DNA of 64,000 nucleotides from an uncultured delta proteobacterium (GTDB taxonomy: Bacteria; Desulfobacterota; Syntrophobacteria; BM002), in contig CAVQGX010000046.1 in assembly GCA_963712115.1 (NCBI GenBank), forward strand, positions 89,282 through 153,281, written 5' to 3'. The stretch's first letter is position 1, and every line of letters starts with the position of its first letter. Shown here in pieces: positions 31,156 to 39,774 of the stretch. Below the pieces are notes generated by a model. The model made no database searches and was not told the DNA's origin. It worked only from the letters and a program-made list of their open reading frames with translations. The position numbers and the translations under genes are program-made.

Positions 31156-33567
31156 CTAAGTATTCTGCATCTCGCCCTCAGCCTGCTCCGAATCACCATC
31201 ATTTTCAAGCCCAGCCAGTTCCTCCTTTGTGGGTTTTAGCTGCACCTTCTCGATCCCGCCCCGAATTACCGCACCCTTGGCACCACGATTGTAGATGGGC
31301 ATTTCTGCCACAGCCATTTCTTTTTCCTTTCCCTTCTTGTTCCGGACTATAAGGAAATCGTCTTGATTCACCATAAAGAAATCCTTTACACCCGGTGGAT
31401 CGGGCTTAATGAGCCTGATCCCGCGGCCAGCTCCCGCCAAGACATTCACCTGCCCCATTGGCGTAACCAGGACCCTACGGTTGGTGGCTATGGCCAGGAG
31501 TGGTCTTTCCACTGGACGCACACCAGCTACTTCATCACCAGAGCGAAGCCGAATCAGGGTTCGTCCGGCTCTAGCACTGGGATCCTTCAGACTGCTGCGC
31601 TCGAAACAAAACCCCATTCCCTGGCGGGTTACCACCAGACAAAGGGGTGGAGGTGATTCTGGCGATACCCCCTTGCCAGGTTCTGCATCCTTACCCAGGT
31701 CAGGAAAAAACGTCAGTTGCCCTGGTTCAGCTTGACCATCACCTGTGTCTGATTGCACCATGAAAGAGATATCCAACCCAGCTCCAGGCTCAGGTTCCGC
31801 AGCTAAGGCTGCTACGATCTTTTCCTCGTCTTGAAAGTTGAAGACGGTTTGAATTGGGTCCCCATAGCCTTTCCCGGAGACATCCAGATCGTAAACACGA
31901 CTAATATAAACTTTGCCAAAATTCGAGAAGAAGGCAACCGCCTCTCTGGTGTTGGACCTTATTACGGCCTGCACCTCGTCACCTTCTTTGAGCATCTGGG
32001 TGCTTGGATCGTAGGACTTCACCCGCTTGAGCCAGCCATTTCGGGTGATCACCACATAGACATCTTCATGGATCACAAAATCTTCTTTGTCATAGGTGAG
32101 TTGCGGCCCGTCAGCGATCACAGCAGTAAGCCGCTTGTCGCCATAGGTCTTCTTCATTTCAGTGATTTCTTTTCGCACTTCCTTCCAGACCCTGGCCCGG
32201 CTGGCCAAGATAGTGTTGATCTGCTTTAGCCGCTTTTCCTTCCCGGCCAGCTCTTCCTCTATTTTACTTACCTCCAACCTTACTAGGGCGTGTAAGCGAA
32301 GATCCAGAATTGCTTTCGCCTGTTCGTCATCCAGGTCGAAACGACCCTTTAGATTGTCGTGGGCCTCCTGTCTATCCAGGGCCACACGAATAATTGCGAT
32401 TGCAGCGTCCAAATCGACAAAGATCTTGATGAAACCTAAAAGTATATGGATTCTCCTTTCCAGGCTGGCTCTCTCGAACTCTAGTTTGCCCACAATCACT
32501 TCTTTACGAAAATCAAGAAAATGATTGAGAATCTCCTTTATGGACAGCCGTTCTGGAGTCGCTGAGGGGGTCAAGCAAGTGAAGTTAAGGGGGAAGTTTA
32601 TCTCCATATCAGTGTGTTTGAACAGAAAAGTCTTTACCTTTTCGGGGTCTACTTTGCCGTCTTTTAATTCCAGCACAACTCGCACGCTTTCGGCGCTCTC
32701 GTCCTTCACGTCGTTAACCATGAGAAGCTTTTTCGAAAGGATCAACTCGGCGATTTTCTCAACCAGACGCGATTTGTTAACTGAATATGGCAGTGAAGTG
32801 ATGACCAACTGCTTCATACCCCTTTTGAGGTTTTCCACCTCGAACTCTCCCCGCACCTTAATGCTGCCTTTGCCGCGGCGGTATATCTCACTTAAATCTT
32901 TGGGCGAGGAGATAATCTGGCCGCCGGTGGGAAAATCGGGTCCCTTGATCCGAGCCATTATCTCAGCGGTGTCGGCGTCTTCGTTGCCGATCAAATTAAT
33001 CAGAGCATCACAGACCTCGCTTAGGTTGTGGGGGGGGATATTTGTGGCCATGCCCACGGCAATTCCACTAGAGCCGTTAATCAGCAGATTAGGTATCCGC
33101 GACGGCAACACGGCTGGCTCAGTAAGAGTGCCGTCGTAATTGTCTCTGAAAGCTACTGTCTGCGCCTTAAGATCAGCTAACAACTCCCCCGCAATGGCGG
33201 TAAGTTTTGCTTCCGTGTAGCGCATGGCTGCAGCGGAGTCGCCATCTAGGGAGCCGAAATTTCCTTGCCCATCCACCAGAGGATATCTGAGAGAAAAGTC
33301 TTGAGCCATTCGCACCATGGCATCGTAGACGGCAGCATCACCATGGGGGTGGTATTTTCCTATAACCTCCCCCACCACTCTGGCAGACTTCACGTGACGG
33401 GCAGCCTGCCTCGCCCCGATTGTGTCCATGGCGTAGATGATGCGCCGATGTACCGGCTTGAGACCGTCACGTACATCGGGAAGGGCTCGGGAAACAATGG
33501 TAGAAAGGGCATAGGCAAGATAGCGGGATTCAACTTCTTCATGAAGGATGGTTTGGGAAACCCCCAT
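31156..33567 (-). CDS. parC: Type IIA topoisomerase subunit A (ParC-like)
   Basis: [27 protein letters not shown] active Tyr; no canonical GyrA-box at CTD start; ATG 33567 after AAAGGAG. Confidence 0.8.
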   Translation of the reverse strand: MGVSQTILHEEVESRYLAYALSTIVSRALPDVRDGLKPVHRRIIYAMDTIGARQAARHVKSARVVGEVIGKYHPHGDAAVYDAMVRMAQDFSLRYPLVDGQGNFGSLDGDSAAAMRYTEAKLTAIAGELLADLKAQTVAFRDNYDGTLTEPAVLPSRIPNLLINGSSGIAVGMATNIPPHNLSEVCDALINLIGNEDADTAEIMARIKGPDFPTGGQIISSPKDLSEIYRRGKGSIKVRGEFEVENLKRGMKQLVITSLPYSVNKSRLVEKIAELILSKKLLMVNDVKDESAESVRVVLELKDGKVDPEKVKTFLFKHTDMEINFPLNFTCLTPSATPERLSIKEILNHFLDFRKEVIVGKLEFERASLERRIHILLGFIKIFVDLDAAIAIIRVALDRQEAHDNLKGRFDLDDEQAKAILDLRLHALVRLEVSKIEEELAGKEKRLKQINTILASRARVWKEVRKEITEMKKTYGDKRLTAVIADGPQLTYDKEDFVIHEDVYVVITRNGWLKRVKSYDPSTQMLKEGDEVQAVIRSNTREAVAFFSNFGKVYISRVYDLDVSGKGYGDPIQTVFNFQDEEKIVAALAAEPEPGAGLDISFMVQSDTGDGQAEPGQLTFFPDLGKDAEPGKGVSPESPPPLCLVVTRQGMGFCFERSSLKDPSARAGRTLIRLRSGDEVAGVRPVERPLLAIATNRRVLVTPMGQVNVLAGAGRGIRLIKPDPPGVKDFFMVNQDDFLIVRNKKGKEKEMAVAEMPIYNRGAKGAVIRGGIEKVQLKPTKEELAGLENDGDSEQAEGEMQNT

Positions 33568-34049
33568 AGGCAGGTTTTCTCCTTTAAAGTTTACACTAGA
33601 CAACCTCCTTTGCTGGCGACTTGTAGCACCTGCAGTCACCACTGTCAAGTCGTAGTGAGCCAGCAATTTTACAAAATTTACTATCAGAAGGTCGTCGGGA
33701 GGAAATTCGAAATCCTAAGCACTAAATCCTAAACAAATTCAAATGTCCAAAGCACAAAATCCCAAACGTTTTGAGAAAAGACGCATTGTGAACTTATTTA
33801 TGAAATCATCAATGCGGTACCCGAAATATTATCTCTTAAATATATTATTTTATACCTATTATGGTTTTGAACATTTGGTAATTCGGATTTCGCATTTGTT
33901 TCGGATTTAGGATTTAGATATTAGGATTTGAAGCCGAGATTGACGTGCAGGAGGGCTATCATATCCCATGGCCTGTTAACTTCCTGTTGAATTATCCTCG
34001 TTTTTGTTGTCTCATAGGGACAATTTAAGCCCGGCTAGGGGAGGAGATC

Positions 34050-35108
34050 ATGAAAGACCTAATAAAGCTTTTGGAAGAATTCTCTTCCTGCCCCGGACCA
34101 CCGGGGGGGGAAGAACCGGTAGCCAGTCTAATCAGAAAACATTTGAAGCCTCAGTGTCAGATTCAACGTGACGGCCTGGGCTCTCTCATCGCAGTTAAGG
34201 AAGGAACGAGGAAGCAGCCGCGCATTATGCTCACGGCCCACATGGACGAGGTGGGCTTCATGCTGCAGAATATCACCAAGGATGGTTACTTGCGGCTCCA
34301 GCCATTAGGTGGCTGGATCGCCAGCCACCTGCCTGGCCAGCGGCTATTTGTTCATGGGCGCAAAGGGTCAGTCGAGGGAATTGTAGCCTCCATACCCCCT
34401 CATTTCACCAAAGAGCAGAAAAGCGAGACAAAGGTTGAAGACCTGCTGCTCGATGTGGGTGCTGTTTCAAGAGAGCAGGTTGCCTCTTTGGGGTTACAAC
34501 TGGGGGATCTCATAACACCGGTCAGCCACTTCGCTGTTTACAACAAGAAATTTCTTGCCAATAAGGCTTGGGATGATAGGGTCGGCTGCGCGGTGCTGGT
34601 GGCTGCCATGCAAAAGCTCAAGAAACATCCAAATACTGTGGTGGCCGCGGCAACTGTACAAGAGGAAGTGGGGTCTAGGGGTGCGGTAACTGCAGTTGAG
34701 GTGGCGAAACCGCAGGCGGCCATTGTGCTTGAAGGTCCACCGGCAGATGACCTCCCGGGAGTAGCCAAGGACAGTCCCCAGGGAGCTTTGGGCAAGGGCT
34801 GCCAGATCCGCCTCTACGATCCTTCCATCATTATCCACCGTCGATTCTGGCAGTGGGTTACAGAACTCGCTCAAGCAAAAAAGATCGCTCACCAATTGGC
34901 TGTACGCCAGAGTGGAGCAACGGACGCTCGTGCCATTCATCTGGCTCAGGGTGGCATTCCCACGGTAGTGCTCGGCGTCCCGGTCCGCCACGCCCACAGC
35001 CACAGCGGCTTAATTAATTTGCAGGATGTTCAAGCCACCCTGGATCTCACATTAGCGATTCTGGAGAAACTGGACAATAAAACCCTTAAATCCCTTTTGC
35101 CAGCGTAG
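34050..35108 (+). CDS. M42-family aminopeptidase
   Basis: AHMDEVG, KAWDDRVG, VQEEVG, TDA, RHAHS. Confidence 0.9.
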   Translation: MKDLIKLLEEFSSCPGPPGGEEPVASLIRKHLKPQCQIQRDGLGSLIAVKEGTRKQPRIMLTAHMDEVGFMLQNITKDGYLRLQPLGGWIASHLPGQRLFVHGRKGSVEGIVASIPPHFTKEQKSETKVEDLLLDVGAVSREQVASLGLQLGDLITPVSHFAVYNKKFLANKAWDDRVGCAVLVAAMQKLKKHPNTVVAAATVQEEVGSRGAVTAVEVAKPQAAIVLEGPPADDLPGVAKDSPQGALGKGCQIRLYDPSIIIHRRFWQWVTELAQAKKIAHQLAVRQSGATDARAIHLAQGGIPTVVLGVPVRHAHSHSGLINLQDVQATLDLTLAILEKLDNKTLKSLLPA

Positions 35109-35251
35109 TGGATCGACACGGCGATACGGTGACCTGGCGACACGGAGATAACTTGACACTACAATGGCTTGTATTCAATCGCCGTATCTCCCCTTCTCCT
35201 TTTCCCCGCGTCACATTGCTTACCTAAAGACAGAAGGTTACGGCATCAGAT

Positions 35252-36280
35252 ATGCACAAAGATTTCGGCCTAATCTACCTAACTCACGACCTGCCCGGCA
35301 CCGGCGGTCGCATCAAAGAAAAGGTGGAAGATTTCATCGTTGAAGAGGTCCCACTTTACCAATTTTCAGACGAGGGGGGCTTCGCCTTTCTTTTCGTGGA
35401 AAAAAACAACCTTTCCAGCCTGGATCTGGTGAATGTCATACGGGAACATTTAGACCTCGAAGACCACGAGGTTGGCGTGGCGGGCTGGAAAGACAAACGT
35501 GCCATTACCCGCCAGTGGATTTCTCTTCCCCGTGAGAAAACATCTGAAGACCGATTAGCCGCGCTGACCGATAAAGGTATAAAGATCCTGCAAAAGAGAT
35601 GTCACTCCAACAAGCTCCGTATCGGACACCTTTTAGGAAACCGTTTTTCCGTTCTTATCCGAAAACCAGATCCACAAGCTGAAAATAGGGCCGCATCCAT
35701 CATCCAACGTCTGCTGATACATGGCCTTCCCAACTTTTATGGAGGTCAACGCTTCGGCGCTGGAGGTGACAATCCGCAAAAAGGCCTGGCGTTGTTACTG
35801 GGGAAATATCGTCTTCGCTCGGTGCGTAAGAGGAAACTTTTGATCAGCGCCTATAGCTCCCTCCTTTTTAACCTCACCCTGAAAGATCGCATAGAGCAGG
35901 ACCTTTTCACCAGACTACTTCCTGGCGACATTGCCAAAAAGCATGACACTGGAGGACTTTTCTTGGTCAGTGATGCGGCTAAGGAACAGCCTCGGGCAGA
36001 CCGGTTGGAGATAAGTGCCACAGGTCCCATTTGGGGAAAGAAGATGAGAAGGGCTGGGGAAGAAGCCGGTGCTCTCGAGGAAAGAATCCTCACCTCGCAG
36101 GGTTTGACACCAGATGTTTTTCACAAACAACCAGGAAGCAGGAGATCCCTTAGGGTGGTTATAAGGGAATTTACCATGCAGTCAGAGTTAGAGGGGCTGC
36201 GGTTGGAATTTTTTCTGCCTAAAGGTTCTTACGCTACTGTCTTGCTCGACGAGATAATGAAGATCAGCCCGGATGTTTGA
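35252..36280 (+). CDS. truD: tRNA pseudouridine(13) synthase
   Basis: EDFIVEE, AGWKDKRAITRQW, NFYGGQRFG, LPKGSYAT. Confidence 0.93.
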   Translation: MHKDFGLIYLTHDLPGTGGRIKEKVEDFIVEEVPLYQFSDEGGFAFLFVEKNNLSSLDLVNVIREHLDLEDHEVGVAGWKDKRAITRQWISLPREKTSEDRLAALTDKGIKILQKRCHSNKLRIGHLLGNRFSVLIRKPDPQAENRAASIIQRLLIHGLPNFYGGQRFGAGGDNPQKGLALLLGKYRLRSVRKRKLLISAYSSLLFNLTLKDRIEQDLFTRLLPGDIAKKHDTGGLFLVSDAAKEQPRADRLEISATGPIWGKKMRRAGEEAGALEERILTSQGLTPDVFHKQPGSRRSLRVVIREFTMQSELEGLRLEFFLPKGSYATVLLDEIMKISPDV

Positions 36281-36439
36281 TGAATTGCTGTCACGAGACC
36301 ACTAAGATGGGCGTGCCACCGGGCAACCGCAGGGGTTGGTCCCGAGGCGTACCTAAATGGTACGTCGCAGGGGACACCAGAGGACGCGGAAGGGCGACCA
36401 TATCCGTGGTCGCAGTAAGCGATTCATCAAACATCCGGG
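36268..36439. mobile_element. MITE-like element, family A
   Basis: Perfect 20-bp inverted repeat AGCCCGGATGTTTGATGAAT (36266-36285 / 36422-36441); homologous to 6710-6908. Confidence 0.85.
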
Positions 36440-36924
36440 CTAACGATTTCCTCAAACCTGTTCAGTTCCATGTTCTTCCTAATTTTACTCGGATGGTAAA
36501 TGCGTCCGTTGAATGCGATGTAGACACCAGCAGGCAAAACTTGCACCGCAATCACTGCAGAACCGATATTAAAGGGGGCATCGCTGACCTTTGATCTGGC
36601 GGGTTCGATCGCTCCTGTTAGTACTATAACTTTGTTTGGAATACCTATCAGCCTTTGTGCCGTTTCAATCATAGTGTCAGTACCGTGAATCACTATGACA
36701 TATTTATGGGCATCGGATGATATCTTATTAAACAAAAGCCGACGATCATCATCAGTCATATCGAGGCTATCTTTCTTAAACAAGGATTCACACTCATAGT
36801 CAAAATTAACCTGGGATTCGCTCAATGTCTGTTCCACTGTTGGCTCACCCACCTCATACTTACTCTTTTTGTCAAAATAAACCTTGTCTATCGTACCCCC
36901 TGTGGTATAGATCTTGATCTTCAT
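36427..36924 (-). CDS. Short (single-domain) asparaginase-family protein
   Basis: TTGGTIDK, HGTDTM, VLTGA, SDAPFN. Confidence 0.88.
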   Translation of the reverse strand: MKIKIYTTGGTIDKVYFDKKSKYEVGEPTVEQTLSESQVNFDYECESLFKKDSLDMTDDDRRLLFNKISSDAHKYVIVIHGTDTMIETAQRLIGIPNKVIVLTGAIEPARSKVSDAPFNIGSAVIAVQVLPAGVYIAFNGRIYHPSKIRKNMELNRFEEIVSPDV

Positions 36925-36955
36925 ATTTCTTTTCTCACTACCCTCTACCTTACAG

Positions 36956-38890
36956 TTACCAACCGCCGCCGCCGCCACCCCCGCCGCCGCCGCCGGACGA
37001 TCCTCCTCCGCCACTTCCAGAAGATGAGCCAGGTGCGGTGGAAGAAGAAGATATAGCTCCTGTAAGGGAACTACCCAGGCTGGATGCAACTCCCGTTATA
37101 CCATCCGTTCTCCAGGAATTTCCACTATACCAGTTGGGGCGGTATCTTCCCCCCACAGCACTCGCGGCCAGCACAGTGGCGAATTGCTCACTCCATTCAT
37201 GTTCCACATCTAGGGCCAAGGCATAAGGAAGGTATTTTTCGAACAGTTCCGGAGTCTTCTCTGGTGGATTCAGGATATTCAGCCGCTCTTTTTCCGCCAC
37301 CGAGAGGTAGAGCTTAAATCCCTCGATTTTGTCCATGAGCTTTCTGCCCATTAAGGTAGGGGCTTTCAACAGATGGTAAAAAATCGCGTTGATGAAAACT
37401 ATTACCACAAGAGTGATCCCGGCAAAAGGTGATACAGCGGATGAGAATGCTACCAGGCCGAAAATTTCCCCGGCGAAAAATGGTAGGGCAAAAAGCGTTA
37501 CTCCTATTGCACCAGTACCGGGAAATAAAAGGAACCCGCCTGAGCCAAGAACTGACTTCCAGGCATTTATCACCATCAAGCCCAGAAAGAAGCACCCTGC
37601 CGTCCATATTGACAACCAAAAACACATGAAGACTGCAACTGGTAAGTTCTCGGCAGTGAGAATTACCGAGGCAAGGGTCACAAATGTAATAACCAATCCG
37701 ACAATAAAATAGCTGGAGTTGAGAATAAAATACTTCTTGTTTGCCCCTTTCATTAGATACTTTTGCAGCTCCTCTAAGGCACCGCCAATCTTCTCGTGGT
37801 TTGAGTTCTTTAGTTTGATTTTGTCGCTACCGCCGAAAAGCTTCCGGGCAATTTTCACCTCACCCCCAGACAACTTGGCCTCACCACCACCTGTCCTCTT
37901 GAGGGTGAAAGTACCCGCCTCGTCTTCTTTGATGGTTAAGTAGCCCTTTACCGCCATGTTGACCACTGCCACTGCAAACAACTTGTGGTCGAGGCGGCCC
38001 AAACGCATAATCAATCGTGCCAAAGCCGGGGAAACCCATTTGGGCGGAGAAAAAAGGGGAAAAATAGTCCCCTCTGGCGGATCTTTGCCCACCTGATACC
38101 AAGCGACAAAATAGAAAAAGGTGAGCGCTAATAGCCCAATTAATGCCGCAGCTACAGCACCGTTGTCCTTCAACATATAGCTCAGTTTTTCCTCGCTAGT
38201 AGGCTGGGTTACAAAACCCTTGGGCCAGGCCACGGCTATGGTCAAACCCTCTTTGGGCATGAGTGTTCTGGTGGTAGTGAAGATAATATTGCCGTATTGG
38301 TCATAATCTGTGATGAAATCCTGACCTTTTTCTCCGAATCTCCCAGTATAGGCAGCGCTCTTGAGAACATCTGCCCCCGGAGGTAGCACCACCAGCGCCT
38401 CAACCTTTTCGATAACGAACTCCCAGCCGTTGCCGGTGACATTCCAGTAAAGCTCGTCGAAATCGTCGAAAAAACCCAGTTGACGATCTGTTTTGTAAGT
38501 GATGGTGTAGGTGTAGGTTCCAGGTTTGAGCAATACCTCTTTCTTTCCTATATACACTCTTTTGCCGTTCGAGAGCTCTTTGAAGTGGTAAGGCTCGGAA
38601 AAACCGTCGCGAAGAACCTCTAACACCTCGAAACCCACCTTGACCTTATTACCGTAACGGTCTTTGTATTTTGTCGGGAAGTCACGGTAAATGCCTCGTT
38701 TGATCTGTTGCCTGGCACAGACCACACTAATCTCTTCAGTTACGGTCATGCTGCCGTCCTGCTGCACCTGCATCCGGCTGTTGAACTCAAGTATTCTCTC
38801 CGATTGTGCTGAAAAAGTAGGTGCAACAAAACTGACGAGCAGGAGGGATAGAATTACAAACAGAAAGGATAGAAAGGTTCGTACTTTCAT
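36956..38890 (-). CDS. DUF2207 membrane protein
   Basis: DELYWNVTGNGW, FEKYLPYALAL, Gly-rich GGGGW end. Confidence 0.9.
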   Translation of the reverse strand: MKVRTFLSFLFVILSLLLVSFVAPTFSAQSERILEFNSRMQVQQDGSMTVTEEISVVCARQQIKRGIYRDFPTKYKDRYGNKVKVGFEVLEVLRDGFSEPYHFKELSNGKRVYIGKKEVLLKPGTYTYTITYKTDRQLGFFDDFDELYWNVTGNGWEFVIEKVEALVVLPPGADVLKSAAYTGRFGEKGQDFITDYDQYGNIIFTTTRTLMPKEGLTIAVAWPKGFVTQPTSEEKLSYMLKDNGAVAAALIGLLALTFFYFVAWYQVGKDPPEGTIFPLFSPPKWVSPALARLIMRLGRLDHKLFAVAVVNMAVKGYLTIKEDEAGTFTLKRTGGGEAKLSGGEVKIARKLFGGSDKIKLKNSNHEKIGGALEELQKYLMKGANKKYFILNSSYFIVGLVITFVTLASVILTAENLPVAVFMCFWLSIWTAGCFFLGLMVINAWKSVLGSGGFLLFPGTGAIGVTLFALPFFAGEIFGLVAFSSAVSPFAGITLVVIVFINAIFYHLLKAPTLMGRKLMDKIEGFKLYLSVAEKERLNILNPPEKTPELFEKYLPYALALDVEHEWSEQFATVLAASAVGGRYRPNWYSGNSWRTDGITGVASSLGSSLTGAISSSSTAPGSSSGSGGGGSSGGGGGGGGGGGW

Positions 38891-38909
38891 CAAATTCCTC
38901 CACCGGCTT

Positions 38910-39467
38910 TTATGAAAATGCCACCTTGGGCACCGCTCTCTCTGCCTCGTCCTCAATTTCAAAAAACTCAGCCTGGGTGAAATTGAAATATTTGGCAACA
39001 ATGTTACTGGGGAAAGACTCAACCTGAATGTTCAGGTTGCGCACCGTGCCGTTGTAGTAGCGGCGGGCCAATTGGATCTGCTCCTCTATCTCGGATAGTT
39101 GCTTTTGGAGGTCGAGAAAATTCTGGTTGGCCTTCAAATCAGGATATCCTTCCGCCACGGCAAACACGTTAGCCAGGGAGCGAGACAGTAGTCCCTCCAG
39201 ACGACCCTTTTCCCCCACCTCTTGTGCTTGCATGCTCTGGGTCCTGAGTTCTGTGACCTTGGTCAAAAGGTCACGTTCGTGTCCCATGTATCCCTTCACG
39301 GTTTCGACCAAATTAGGGATCAGATTGGACCGCCTCTTGAGCTGAACGTCTATGCCACTCCAACCCTCTTCCACCAGATTCCGCAGTCGTACGAACTTGT
39401 TGTAAATCAAGATCACAAAAACTATCAGAAGACCGACTAAACCTAGCACAACAACTGTTGAACTCAT
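38910..39467 (-). CDS. lemA: LemA family protein
   Basis: WSGIDVQLKRRSNLIPNLVE, YPDLKANQNF, RRYYN. Confidence 0.93.
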   Translation of the reverse strand: MSSTVVVLGLVGLLIVFVILIYNKFVRLRNLVEEGWSGIDVQLKRRSNLIPNLVETVKGYMGHERDLLTKVTELRTQSMQAQEVGEKGRLEGLLSRSLANVFAVAEGYPDLKANQNFLDLQKQLSEIEEQIQLARRYYNGTVRNLNIQVESFPSNIVAKYFNFTQAEFFEIEDEAERAVPKVAFS

Positions 39468-39566
39468 TTCATTATCCTCACACCTGTTGGTAACCTGTTT
39501 GGCTCCATGTACTCGGAGCTTATTAACGCATCTTGAAATGTTTAGGTAATAGCCCAAGTCAATAAC

Positions 39567-39582
39567 AGCAAATTATATGCCA
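39567..39582 (-). promoter_or_regulatory. Candidate sigma54 (-24/-12) promoter of lemA operon
   Basis: TGGCATATAATTTGCT on minus strand, GG-N10-GC. Confidence 0.55.
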
Positions 39583-39774
39583 CAGATTCAAAAGAAATTC
39601 TATCATCCCCTTCTTCTCATTCGTTCCTCCGCTTTTCTGCTCCTTGAAGAGATTATGAAAGTATGAAATATTTGGCTGAAATTTCACCTTATAATTGCTA
39701 GTTCATCCAAGTAGATTCCTCAGAGTTCCTCCCCCCTTGACGGAGGAGGCTAGGTCGGGGCTGAATAATTTCAG

